A DNA stretch of 64,000 nucleotides from an uncultured Candidatus Rokubacteria bacterium (GTDB lineage Bacteria; Methylomirabilota; Methylomirabilia; Rokubacteriales; CSP1-6), in the NCBI GenBank assembly GCA_963762145.1, contig CAVXJS010000008.1, positions 64,001 to 128,000 of the forward strand, given 5' to 3'. Numbering within the stretch: position 1 is the stretch's first letter; each line of letters begins with the position of its first letter. A program made the position numbers and the translations under genes. Shown here piece after piece: positions 29,404-38,762 of this stretch. A model generated the notes under the pieces. That model was not told the origin of the DNA. It saw only the letters and a program-made list of their open reading frames with translations, and searched no databases.

Positions 29404-30522
29404 CTAGACGTAGACCCGCGGGATGCGGGTGTTGAGGTTGGTGAGGACCTCGTAGGGGATGGTGCCGGCCCATTCGGCGAGGTGCTCGCAGGTGATGAGC
29501 TCGTCGCCGTCGGCGCCCAGCAGCGTGACCACGTCGCCGTTGTAGGCGGTTTCCCACTCGAGATTGACCATGATCTGGTCCATGCAGACGCGGCCGACCA
29601 CCGGGTACTTCCGGCCGCGGATCAGCACGTGCGCCACGTTGGAGAGCGCGCGGAAGTATCCGTCGCCGTAGCCCACCGGCACCGTCACCACGCGCACCGG
29701 GTGATCGGACTGCCACGTGGAGCCGTAGCTCACCGGGTGGCCGGGCGTGACGACCTTGAAGTAGACCACACGCGAGCGCAGCGCCAGCGCCGGCTTCACC
29801 GGGATGGTCTGCCGCACCTCGATGGACGGGTAGACGCCGTAGAGCAGGATGCCCGGCCGCACCAGGTCCAGATGGCTCTCGCGGAGCTGGAGCACCGCGC
29901 CCGAGTTGGCCATGTGGCGCACCGGCGGCGGGACGCCCTGCTTGTCGTACCACTCGAGCACCTCGAGGAAGCGCGCGAGCTGCAGCCGCGCCGAGGTGAG
30001 GTCCTCGGCGTCCGCGTTGGCGAAGTGCGAGTAGATCCCCTCCACCCGCACCCGCGCGCAGTCGGCCGCCCGCTCGAGCAGCCCGCGCGCACTGTAGTAG
30101 TGCACGCCGATGCGCTCCATGCCGGTGTCGATCTTGAGGTGCACGGTCGCGTCGACGCGCATCTCACCCGCGATCGCGTCGATCTGCTTGAGCTTGTCGA
30201 TGGAGGACGCGGTCAGGGTCAGCCCGTGGCGCAGAAAGATCGGGATCTGGTCGCCGAAGATACCGCCCATGACGAGGATCGGCACGCCGACGCCGGCCTC
30301 GCGCAGCGCGACCGCTTCCTCCAGGAAGGCCACCCCGAGCGACCGCACCCCGAGCCCGACCAGATGCCGGGCCACCGGCACGAGCCCGTGGCCGTAGGCA
30401 TTGCCCTTGACGATCGGCATCACCGCGGCCGGCGCAACCGCCGCCTGGATCGCGCGATAGTTCTCGGCGAGACGGGCGAGGCTGACCTCGACGACCGTCG
30501 GCCGCAGTGAGCCGGTGTCCAC
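29404..30522 (-). CDS. alr: Alanine racemase
   Basis: IVKGNAYGHG PLP-Lys motif, HLKIDTGMERIG, GYGDGY, GRVCMDQ, GTIPYE. Confidence 0.93.
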   Translation of the reverse strand: MDTGSLRPTVVEVSLARLAENYRAIQAAVAPAAVMPIVKGNAYGHGLVPVARHLVGLGVRSLGVAFLEEAVALREAGVGVPILVMGGIFGDQIPIFLRHGLTLTASSIDKLKQIDAIAGEMRVDATVHLKIDTGMERIGVHYYSARGLLERAADCARVRVEGIYSHFANADAEDLTSARLQLARFLEVLEWYDKQGVPPPVRHMANSGAVLQLRESHLDLVRPGILLYGVYPSIEVRQTIPVKPALALRSRVVYFKVVTPGHPVSYGSTWQSDHPVRVVTVPVGYGDGYFRALSNVAHVLIRGRKYPVVGRVCMDQIMVNLEWETAYNGDVVTLLGADGDELITCEHLAEWAGTIPYEVLTNLNTRIPRVYV

Positions 30523-30525
30523 CGT

Positions 30526-31611
30526 TTACTTGGGTACCATGCCCTTGAAGCGGGGCATGACCTCCTTCGAGAGCAATTCCATCGAGTGCTGCCACGCCTT
30601 GGGGTTCTCGCTGTAGTCGAAGCAGAACACCAGCAGCGTGCCGAAACCGCCGACCTCCTCGTACAGGGCGTTGAGCTTGTCCGACACGGTGGCCGGCGAG
30701 CCGATGAGCCAGTTGTGCTTGGCGCAGTACTCCGGCGTCACGTCCGAGTCGGGCACCGAGGGATCGTGCTTGAGGTACTCGGTGAACCCGAAGGCGGCGA
30801 GCAGGGGCAGGAAGTACTCGGTCATCATGCGGCCCATCATGCCGCCCGCGGAGAGGCGCATCGCCTCCGCGTCGGTATCGGCCACGAAGACCTCGCGGAC
30901 CATCCGCCAGTCCGACCGCTTGGGGGTGCGCTTGGTGCGCGCCGCGCCTTCTTCCACCGCGTCCCAGTGGCTACTCACGTAGCCCGGGTTCAGGTTCAGG
31001 CTCATCGGCCAGAACCCGCGCTCCCCCGCCAGCTTGAGGGTATCCGAGCCCTTGCTGAGCCCGGCGACCCCGATCGGGGGATGCGGCTTCTGGAACGGGA
31101 AGATGTGCGGCCGGAGCGTGTTGAACATCGTCCCGGTCTTGGTCACGTGCCAGTACTTGCCCTTGTAGTCGAACTCGGGCTCGTCGCTCCAGAGCCGCAG
31201 GATGATGTCGAGCGACTCGCGCGTCATCTCCCGGTTCTGCCCCGACATGCCGTCCACGTTGAACATGGACCAGTCGCTCGGCAGCCCGCTCGCGGCCACC
31301 CCGAAGTTGAGCCGGCCCTGGGCCAGGTGGTCGAGCATCGCGACCCGGTTGGCCAGCTCGGCGGGGTGGTGGTACGGCATCAGGAAGCCGCCCGGGCCGA
31401 TCCGCATGCGCTTGGTCTGCATGAGCGCCTGGGCCACCAGCAGGTCCGGCGAGGGATGCGGCTCCCAGGGGGCGGTGTGGTGCTCGCCGATCCAGGCCTC
31501 GCTGAAGCCCATCTCGTCCGCCCAGCGCAGCTGCTGGAGATCCCACTGGTGGCCGTCGAAGAGCTTCCGCTCCGGCGGGTGCGACGGCATCGTGAACAGG
31601 CCGTAGTCCAT
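30526..31611 (-). CDS. LLM-class flavin-dependent monooxygenase
   Basis: True start MDYGLFTMPSHPP; WIGEHH, PYHHPAELA, GRLNFGV, QKPHPPIG. Confidence 0.9.
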   Translation of the reverse strand: MDYGLFTMPSHPPERKLFDGHQWDLQQLRWADEMGFSEAWIGEHHTAPWEPHPSPDLLVAQALMQTKRMRIGPGGFLMPYHHPAELANRVAMLDHLAQGRLNFGVAASGLPSDWSMFNVDGMSGQNREMTRESLDIILRLWSDEPEFDYKGKYWHVTKTGTMFNTLRPHIFPFQKPHPPIGVAGLSKGSDTLKLAGERGFWPMSLNLNPGYVSSHWDAVEEGAARTKRTPKRSDWRMVREVFVADTDAEAMRLSAGGMMGRMMTEYFLPLLAAFGFTEYLKHDPSVPDSDVTPEYCAKHNWLIGSPATVSDKLNALYEEVGGFGTLLVFCFDYSENPKAWQHSMELLSKEVMPRFKGMVPK

Positions 31612-31622
31612 GGTGTACCTCC

Positions 31623-33095
31623 TTACAGATCCTGCTCGAAGGGGTAGAGCGGCCGCCGGCGGTTCCGGTAGGTGAAGAGCCGCAGGTCGGAGCTGGTCAC
31701 GCCGTCGCCGTCGCAGAGGACGATGTGCCGGGCGATCGGCTCGAAGCCGGCCCGGAAGTGCTGGCGTGACTTGATCAGCACGTACTTCTTGCGGCGCGGG
31801 TCGATCCCGCAGTGAGTGAAGACCCCCGTGTCGAACGGCTCGCTGCGGCCCTCGGACACGACGATCTGCATGGCCCCGGTGTCGAGCACGGCGGTCTTGC
31901 CCATGCGCACGCGCGTGCCGGTGGCCATCGGCCCGGTGACGGTGAACTCCCCGTCGGTGATGCGCGTGACCTTGCCGGTCACGCTCAATGGCTTGCCGGT
32001 GAGGTTGATCTGCGGCATGTCGATGCGCCCGCCCAGCGGGAGCGTGACGCCGGCGGCGGTGCCCGCCTCCACGAGGCGGCGCACGCCCGCCGGATCGCAG
32101 ATGGGCCCGGCCACCACGTCGGTCAGCCCCTGGCGCATGACCTCCTCGATCACGCTCATGACGTCCTGGGTGCCGCCGGAAGCGGTGTTGTCGCCGTGAT
32201 CGACCAGGACGACCGGTCCATCGCCGAGCGTGCGCGCGTGGGCGATCTGCCCCGCCAGCGGGGCGCCGTTGTAGAGGTAGTCCGCCCGCCGGTCCCAGGC
32301 CATCGCGAGTAGCCGGTCCCGGAGCGCGCGGCCCGCGTCCGGGCGACGGTCGCACACGATCACCGCGGAGAGCGAGATGTGAGGGATGTCCGAATGCGGG
32401 AAGCCGCCGAACACGGAGGCGTTGAGCACCGCGCCGGACGCCTCCGCCGCCATCGCCATGTCCATCACGTCCTTCATGGGCTGGCGCGACGGGGTGTGGA
32501 CCAGCGTGCTCGTCATCATGGGGAGCGACCCCCACACCATCACCGGCTCGATCTCTCCGCGCAGCGCCCGCATCATGGTGCGCCCGGCGCGCTGCCCGGT
32601 CTCGCCCATGTCCACGTGCGGATAGGTGCAGTAGCCCGCGATGACGTTCGCGTTGTCCACCATGGCCGCGGTCATGTGCGAGTGGAAATCGAGCCCCACC
32701 GCGATCGGCACCGTGGGCGCCACCGCGCGGATGCGGCGCAGCAGCTCGCCCTCGCCGTCGTCCACGTGCTCGGCCACCATCGCGCCGTGCAGCGCCAGGA
32801 ACACCGCGTCGCAGCCGCCCCGCACCGCGCCCACGATGGCCTCGACCATGTCCTCGTAGGCCGCCCGCTCCACGTAGCCGGAGGGGTGCGCCCCGCCCGC
32901 CACCGGCAGCACGATCTCGGCGCCGGCCTGCTGGGCCACGTGGAGAAAGCCGCCGAGCTGGGTGTTGGTGTCCTTGAACTCCGCGATCGCGGCCTCGCCC
33001 TGGAGCGGCCGGAACGACGCGAGCGGGGTGGGAACCGGGGAGAAGGTGTTGGTCTCGTGCATCATCATCGCGAGGACGAGCTTGAGGCGGGCCAT
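31623..33095 (-). CDS. M81 metallopeptidase (MlrC-like)
   Basis: HETNTFSP, LHGAMV, DDGEGELL, DFHSH, YPHVD, DNTASGG, KSRQHFRA. Confidence 0.9.
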   Translation of the reverse strand: MARLKLVLAMMMHETNTFSPVPTPLASFRPLQGEAAIAEFKDTNTQLGGFLHVAQQAGAEIVLPVAGGAHPSGYVERAAYEDMVEAIVGAVRGGCDAVFLALHGAMVAEHVDDGEGELLRRIRAVAPTVPIAVGLDFHSHMTAAMVDNANVIAGYCTYPHVDMGETGQRAGRTMMRALRGEIEPVMVWGSLPMMTSTLVHTPSRQPMKDVMDMAMAAEASGAVLNASVFGGFPHSDIPHISLSAVIVCDRRPDAGRALRDRLLAMAWDRRADYLYNGAPLAGQIAHARTLGDGPVVLVDHGDNTASGGTQDVMSVIEEVMRQGLTDVVAGPICDPAGVRRLVEAGTAAGVTLPLGGRIDMPQINLTGKPLSVTGKVTRITDGEFTVTGPMATGTRVRMGKTAVLDTGAMQIVVSEGRSEPFDTGVFTHCGIDPRRKKYVLIKSRQHFRAGFEPIARHIVLCDGDGVTSSDLRLFTYRNRRRPLYPFEQDL

Positions 33096-33101
33096 GCCGG
33101 G

Positions 33102-33111
33102 AGCATACTAT
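33102..33111. promoter_or_regulatory. Overlapping bidirectional -10 elements
   Basis: Minus TATGCT (33102-33107) 6 nt before the mlrC-like ATG; plus TACTAT (33106-33111) 10 nt before the thrC-like ATG; the gap is only 26 bp. Confidence 0.55.
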
Positions 33112-33121
33112 CGCCCGGGAG

Positions 33122-34363
33122 ATGACGCACCTGTACTTCACCGGCTTCGACTGTCTCGGGTGCCGCGCCGCGTTCGCGCCGGACCAGGATCTCCTGCTCT
33201 GCCCGCGCTGCCACCAGCTCCTCGAGGCCCGTTACGATCTGGCCCGCTTCGGCCGCGAGGTGGACCGCGACGCGATCGCCCGGCGGCCCGCCGGCGTCTG
33301 GCGCTGGCGGGAGCTGTTGCCCGTGCTCGACCCCGCGCGCATCGTGACCCTGGGCGAGGGCGGCACCCCGTTCCTGCGCTCGGAGCGCATCGCGCGGGCC
33401 TGCGGGGTCCGCGAGCTCTGGCTCAAGTCCGACGCGGCCAATCCCAGCGGCTCGCTCAAGGACCGCTCGATCACGGTGTCGGCGACCAAGGCCATGGAGT
33501 TCGGCTACGACGTGCTGGCCTGCGATTCTACCGGCAACAAGGCCTCGTCCACCGCCGCCTACGCCGCGCGCGCCGGGCTCCGCAGCGTGGTGTTCTGCCC
33601 CCGGGACACGCCTCAGCCGAAGATGGCGCAGGCCGTCTTCTTCGGCGCCCGGCTCATCCGCGTGGACGGCCACTACTCGCAGATCAACGCGATGTACCGG
33701 AAGCTGATCGGGAGCGGGCGCGTGAAGTGGTACGACTGCGGCACCGACAACCCGTTCCGCTACGAGGGCAAGAAGACCTACGCCTACGAGATCGCCCAGG
33801 ACCTGGGCTGGCAGGCGCCCGACCGGGTGCTACACCCGTGCGCCGGGGGCATGTCGCTCGTGAAGACGTGGAAAGGCTTCAACGAGCTGCGCACGCTCGG
33901 CTGGACCGACCGGGTCCCCAAGATGACCGCGGTGCAGGCCGCCCGCTGCGCGCCCATCGTGGAGTCGTGGAAGAAGGGTCTTCCGCGCGTGGAGCCGGTG
34001 GAGAGGCAGCCCACCATCGCCAGCGCGGTGGCCGCGGCGGATCCCGGGCTGCTGGGCGACCAGACCCTCGCGGCGGTCCGCGCCTCCGACGGCGACGCGG
34101 TCGCGGTGGAGGAGGCCGAGATCGTCGAGGCGGTGCGGTGGCTCGCCGGGGAGGGCCTCATGATCGAGCCGAGCGGGGCGGTCACCGTCGCGGCGGTGCG
34201 CCGCGGCGTGCGCGACGGCCTCATCGACCACGGCGAGTCGGTGGTCTGCGTGCTCACCGGCTCCGGCTTCAAGGACTTCGATCGCATCCTGGACCTGGTC
34301 GAGATCCCGCGCAACGTCGTGTCGGGCTACGACGCCATGCTGGCCGAGGCGGAGAGGATCTGA
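33122..34363 (+). CDS. thrC: Threonine synthase-like PLP enzyme
   Basis: N-terminal CxxC..CxxC, TLGEGGTP, NPSGSLKDR, STGN, EGKKT, EPSGA, LTGSGFKD. Confidence 0.8.
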   Translation: MTHLYFTGFDCLGCRAAFAPDQDLLLCPRCHQLLEARYDLARFGREVDRDAIARRPAGVWRWRELLPVLDPARIVTLGEGGTPFLRSERIARACGVRELWLKSDAANPSGSLKDRSITVSATKAMEFGYDVLACDSTGNKASSTAAYAARAGLRSVVFCPRDTPQPKMAQAVFFGARLIRVDGHYSQINAMYRKLIGSGRVKWYDCGTDNPFRYEGKKTYAYEIAQDLGWQAPDRVLHPCAGGMSLVKTWKGFNELRTLGWTDRVPKMTAVQAARCAPIVESWKKGLPRVEPVERQPTIASAVAAADPGLLGDQTLAAVRASDGDAVAVEEAEIVEAVRWLAGEGLMIEPSGAVTVAAVRRGVRDGLIDHGESVVCVLTGSGFKDFDRILDLVEIPRNVVSGYDAMLAEAERI

Positions 34364-34365
34364 CG

Positions 34366-34836
34366 GTGCCCGACGCGATGCGGATCGAGAAGAAGCTCGC
34401 CGCGCTGGGGCTCGAGCTGCCCCGCCAGCCGGTGCCGGTCGGCAATTATGTCCCCGCGGTGCGGGCGGGACATCTCGTCTTCACCTCCGGCCAGACCGCC
34501 CGCATCGACGGGGTGCGCCGCTACGTCGGCGTGGTCGGCCAGGAAGTGAGCCAGGCGGACGCCTACCTCTCGGCGCGCGACGCGACACTCAACTGCCTGG
34601 CGTGCGTGAAGCAGGCGGTCGGCTCGCTCGACCGGGTCACGCGCGTGGTCAAGGTGATGGGCTTCGTGAACGCGGGACGCGACTTCGAGCACCCGCCCGC
34701 GGTCATCAATGGCGCGTCCGATCTCCTCGAGCGGCTCTTCGGCGAGGCGGGGCGCCACGCCCGCAGCGCGGTCGGCCTCTCCTCCCTGCCGTCCAACGTC
34801 TCGGTCGAGATCGAGCTGATCGTGGAGGTGCGATAG
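34366..34836 (+). CDS. RidA/YjgF-family protein
   Basis: PVGNYVP, FTSGQ, VINGASDLL, GRHARSAVG, VEIE (alternative ATG at 34378). Confidence 0.88.
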   Translation: MPDAMRIEKKLAALGLELPRQPVPVGNYVPAVRAGHLVFTSGQTARIDGVRRYVGVVGQEVSQADAYLSARDATLNCLACVKQAVGSLDRVTRVVKVMGFVNAGRDFEHPPAVINGASDLLERLFGEAGRHARSAVGLSSLPSNVSVEIELIVEVR

Positions 34837-35922
34837 ATGCGCGCAGCCGTGATGCGGGACAAGCGACTCGTGGTGGCCGACCTGCCCCGGCCCGAGCCGG
34901 GGCCCGGAGAGGTGCTGGTCAAGACCCTCGCCTGCGGGATCTGCGGCTCCGACCTGCACGCGCTCCGGCACGCCGAGCAGTTCGTGGCGGCCTCGCGGCG
35001 CGCCGGCAACATCTTCGCCATGGATCTCGCGCGCGACGTGGTGATGGGCCACGAGTTCTGCGCCGAGATCGTCGAGCACGGGCCGCAGACGACCCGGGCG
35101 CTCCGCGCCGGCACGCGCGTCTGCTCCCGCCCGAGCCTGATCCGCGCCGAGGGTCCGCGCACGGTGGGCTACTCCAACGACACGCCCGGCGGGTACGCCG
35201 AGTACATGCGGCTGACCGAGGCGCTGCTGCTGCCGGTGCCGGACGGGCTCGTCACGGAGCACGCCGCGCTCACCGAGCCGATGGCGGTGGGCCTCCACGC
35301 GGTGGCCAAGGCGCGGCTCGACCCCGACGACGCGCCGCTCGTGATCGGCTGCGGCCCGGTGGGCCTGGCCGTGATCGCGGCGCTCCGCCTGCACGGGGCG
35401 CGGCCCATCGTGGCCGCGGACTTCTCGGCCCGCCGGCGCGAGCTGGCCGCCGCGCTGGGCGCCGATCTCGTGGTGGATCCGGCGCAGACCACGCCGTGGC
35501 AGAGCTGGCGCGAGGCCGCGGTGTGGCGCGACGCGAGCCGCGCGCCGGCCCTGCCGCCGTGGATCAAGGGGCCGGCGGTGCGGCCGGCGGTCGTCTTCGA
35601 GTGCGTGGGCGTGCCCGGCGTGCTCGACCAGATCATGGCCGCCTCCCCGCGCGGCACGCGCATCGTGGTGGTCGGCGTGTGCATGGAGGCCGACACGATC
35701 TACCCGATGCTCGGCATCAGCAAGGAGCTGAACCTCCAGTTCGTGCTGGGCTACACCCCGGACGAGTTCGCCGCGACCCTCACCCACATCGCGGAGGGCC
35801 GCATCCCGGTCGCGCCCCTGATCACCGGGAAGGTCGGCGTCGAGGGCGTGGCCGGCGCGTTCGAGGCCCTCGCGTCGCCCGAGCGCCACGCCAAGATCCT
35901 CGTCGAGCCCTGGCGGGCTTGA
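34837..35922 (+). CDS. Zn-dependent alcohol dehydrogenase
   Basis: CGICGSDLH, MGHEF, EPMAVGLH, GCGPVG. Confidence 0.9.
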   Translation: MRAAVMRDKRLVVADLPRPEPGPGEVLVKTLACGICGSDLHALRHAEQFVAASRRAGNIFAMDLARDVVMGHEFCAEIVEHGPQTTRALRAGTRVCSRPSLIRAEGPRTVGYSNDTPGGYAEYMRLTEALLLPVPDGLVTEHAALTEPMAVGLHAVAKARLDPDDAPLVIGCGPVGLAVIAALRLHGARPIVAADFSARRRELAAALGADLVVDPAQTTPWQSWREAAVWRDASRAPALPPWIKGPAVRPAVVFECVGVPGVLDQIMAASPRGTRIVVVGVCMEADTIYPMLGISKELNLQFVLGYTPDEFAATLTHIAEGRIPVAPLITGKVGVEGVAGAFEALASPERHAKILVEPWRA

Positions 35923-37118
35923 CGACCTTCGCGGCGCTCCGGGAGCGCAACTACCGCTTCTACTGGGTCGGGCTCGTGTTCTACGTGCTCGGGCACCGCG
36001 CCGAGTACGTGACCTTCGCGTGGCTGGTCTGGGAAGCGACCCACGACGCGCTCCACCTGGGCTATCTCGGGCTCGCCCAGGGCGTCCCGCTCGTGGTCTT
36101 CCAGCTCTGGGGCGGCGTGCTCGCCGATCGGGTGAACCGGCTGCGCCTGCTGCTCGCCACGCAGGTGCTCACCACCCTGATCCTGCTGGCCACCTTCGCC
36201 CTCGCCGCGTTCTCGCTGATCCGCGTCGAGCATCTCCTGGCCCTCGCCGCGCTCAGCAACACCTTTCGCGCGTTCGACGAGCCGACCCGGATGTCCATGG
36301 TGCCGCAGATGGTCGGGCGCGAGCGGCTGGCCAACGCGGTCGCGCTCGGCTCCATTCCCTGGCAGGCCGGCCGCATGATCGGCCCCTCCATCACCGGCAT
36401 CCTGATCGCGGCCTTCGGCGGCACGGCCGGCCTCGCCATCGCCGCGGTCGCCTCCGGGATGGCGCTCGCGATGTACTCGCGGCTGCGCGTGGACGCGCGG
36501 GCGGCCGCGGCGCCCGCCGGGCACATGGGCACCCAGCTCGTCGAGGGGCTGAGCTTCGTCCGCCACAACTTCGTGTTCGCGGCGCTGATCTGCCTGGCCC
36601 TCTTCAACGCGGTCTTCGGCCTCTCCTACGTCACGCTGCTGCCGATCTACGCCGACGTGTACTTCCAGGCCGGCTCCGCCGGCTTCGGCCTGCTCAACGC
36701 CGCGCACGGCACCGGTGCGCTCGTGGGCACCCTGATCGTGGCCTATCTCGCCGCGCGCTTCCGGCACCGCGGCCTCGTCATCCTGGTGGGCGCGGCGGGC
36801 ATGGGCCTGGGGCTCGCGATCTTCTCGCAGTCGCCCGGGCTCGGGCTGGCCCTGCCGATGCTGGCCCTCGTCGGGTTCAGCAACACGTTCTATCTCACGC
36901 AGGTGAGCACGCATCTCCAGCAGGCGGTGCCCGATCACCTGCGCGGCCGCGTGATGAGCCTCTACGCGCTCTGCTGGAACCTGCTGCCGCTCGGCGGGCT
37001 GCTGGGCGGCGCCCTCGCCGCGGCGGTGGACGCCCGCTTCGCGGTGCTGGTGGGCGGCGCGATGGTGGCGGCCAACGCGCTCGTGCTGCTCGCGTCGCGA
37101 CGTCTCCGGCTGCTATAA
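35919..37118 (+). CDS. MFS transporter
   Basis: TTGA overlap start; GGVLADRVNR motif A, LRGRVMSLY, about 12 TM. Confidence 0.85.
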   Translation: MTTFAALRERNYRFYWVGLVFYVLGHRAEYVTFAWLVWEATHDALHLGYLGLAQGVPLVVFQLWGGVLADRVNRLRLLLATQVLTTLILLATFALAAFSLIRVEHLLALAALSNTFRAFDEPTRMSMVPQMVGRERLANAVALGSIPWQAGRMIGPSITGILIAAFGGTAGLAIAAVASGMALAMYSRLRVDARAAAAPAGHMGTQLVEGLSFVRHNFVFAALICLALFNAVFGLSYVTLLPIYADVYFQAGSAGFGLLNAAHGTGALVGTLIVAYLAARFRHRGLVILVGAAGMGLGLAIFSQSPGLGLALPMLALVGFSNTFYLTQVSTHLQQAVPDHLRGRVMSLYALCWNLLPLGGLLGGALAAAVDARFAVLVGGAMVAANALVLLASRRLRLL

Positions 37119-37119
37119 T
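37111..37119 (+). promoter_or_regulatory. Consensus extended -10 (TG-C-TATAAT) overlapping the upstream stop codon
   Basis: TGCTATAAT, 13 nt before ATG 37133. Confidence 0.55.
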
Positions 37120-37132
37120 CGCGGGCACGCTC

Positions 37133-38380
37133 ATGTCCTCGTCCCGGGTGTTCTACGGCTGGTGGGTCACCGTCGCCTTCTCCGTCATGGTCTTCGTCTC
37201 GGCCGGCGTGCGTCACGCGGTCGGGCCCTTCCTCAAGCCGATGGCGACGGACCTGGGCGTGGACCGCGGCTCCTTCTCGCTGGTCATCGCCCTCGGCCTC
37301 TTCCTCTACGGCGCCTTCATGCCGTGGATCGGCGGCCTCACCGATCGCTTCGGGGCGCGGCGGATCACCGCGGCGGGCTCGGTGCTGCTGGCCCTCTCCC
37401 TCGTGCTCACCGCCTACTGCCAGAACCTCTGGCAGCTCGCGCTGGTCTACGGCGTGCTCGCCGCGCTGGGCCTCGCCTGCACCGGCCCGGTGGTGGCCAA
37501 CGCGGTGGTCACGCGCTGGTTCGTGCGCCGGCGCGGCACCGCGGTGTCCCTGCTCGGCAGCGCGGCGATGACCGGGATGAGCCTGCTGGTGCCGGTGGTG
37601 GCGTGGCTCATCGTGATGTTCGACTGGCGGACCGCCTACATGGTCCTGGGCGCCGCGGTGCTGGTGGGCATGCTCCCGCTCTGCCTCTTCGTGGTGCGCG
37701 ACTCGCCCGAGGAGATGGGGATGCGCCCCGACGGCGACGCGCTGGTGCCGGGCGCACCCGCGCCGATCATCACCCGGACCTCCGCCGGCACCGCGCTGCG
37801 CACGGTGGCCTTCTGGCAGCTCGGCGGCTCGTTCTTCACCTGCGGGTTCTCGATGGCCCTGGTGGCCGCGCACGGGGTGCCGATGCTCACCGACCACGGC
37901 TACACGCCGATCTTCGCGTCGTGGGTGATCGGCGTGCTCGGCGCCTCCAGCATCGTGTTCACCCTGACCCTGGGCCGGCTGTCGGACGCGTACGGGGCGC
38001 GGCCGGTGCTGGCCGCGATCTACGCGGGGCGCGCGGTCATCTTCGCCGGGCTCTTCCTAATCCGGGACAATCCGGCCGCGATGATCGGCGTCGCCATCGT
38101 GGGCGGCATCACCCTGGCCGGGTCGATGTCCATGACCTCGGTGCTCACCGCCGACATCTACGGCCGCTACTCGGTCGGCTCCATCCTGGGCGTGATCTTC
38201 CTCGTGCACCAGACCGGCGCCGCGCTCGGCTCCTGGCTCGCGGGCGCCCTCTTCGAGGCGACGGGCGGCTATGGCGCCATGTTCGCCATCGCCTGCGTTC
38301 TGCTGGCCGCCGCCGGCCTCGTCAGCCTGCACGTGGACCGGGAGCCGCGCGTGCTTCGCTGGGCCCCTCTCACCCGCTAA
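37133..38380 (+). CDS. MFS transporter (OFA/MCT-like)
   Basis: VFYGWW, GGLTDRFGARR, RWFVRRRGTA, GRLSDAYGAR. Confidence 0.88.
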   Translation: MSSSRVFYGWWVTVAFSVMVFVSAGVRHAVGPFLKPMATDLGVDRGSFSLVIALGLFLYGAFMPWIGGLTDRFGARRITAAGSVLLALSLVLTAYCQNLWQLALVYGVLAALGLACTGPVVANAVVTRWFVRRRGTAVSLLGSAAMTGMSLLVPVVAWLIVMFDWRTAYMVLGAAVLVGMLPLCLFVVRDSPEEMGMRPDGDALVPGAPAPIITRTSAGTALRTVAFWQLGGSFFTCGFSMALVAAHGVPMLTDHGYTPIFASWVIGVLGASSIVFTLTLGRLSDAYGARPVLAAIYAGRAVIFAGLFLIRDNPAAMIGVAIVGGITLAGSMSMTSVLTADIYGRYSVGSILGVIFLVHQTGAALGSWLAGALFEATGGYGAMFAIACVLLAAAGLVSLHVDREPRVLRWAPLTR

Positions 38381-38395
38381 CCAAGGAGATCAGTC

Positions 38396-38704
38396 ATGGC
38401 CGAAGTGCTCACGGTGATCGCGAAGATCCGGGCGGTGAAGGGCAAGGGCGACGCGCTGGCCGCGCTGCTCAAGGAGCAGGTGGCCGTCGTCACGAAGGCG
38501 GAGCCGGGCCTCCTGATCTACCGTCCGCATCGCTCCAGCAAGGATCCCGACCTCTTCATCTTCTACGAGCAGTACAAGGACGACGCCGCCTTCGAGGTGC
38601 ACCGCAAGGCGCCGTACCTGGCCGCCTACCGGGAGCGCCGCGAGAAGGAAGGCCTGACCGAGGGCCCCGCCGAGGTCGAGATCTACCGCTCGCTGACGGA
38701 CTAG
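38396..38704 (+). CDS. ABM-domain protein (putative quinol monooxygenase)
   Basis: AEPGLLIY, FIFYEQYKDDAAFEVH; RBS AAGGAG. Confidence 0.88.
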   Translation: MAEVLTVIAKIRAVKGKGDALAALLKEQVAVVTKAEPGLLIYRPHRSSKDPDLFIFYEQYKDDAAFEVHRKAPYLAAYRERREKEGLTEGPAEVEIYRSLTD

Positions 38705-38706
38705 CC

Positions 38707-38760
38707 CTCGCCCCTCACCCTCTCGCCCCTCACCCTACCCTCTCCCCAGTGGGGAGAGGG
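38707..38760 (-). repeat. REP-like palindrome copy 5 with duplicated tail
   Basis: (CTCGCCCCTCACCCT)x2 + CCCTCTCCCC-AGT-GGGGAGAGGG between convergent stops. Confidence 0.8.
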
Positions 38761-38762
38761 TT

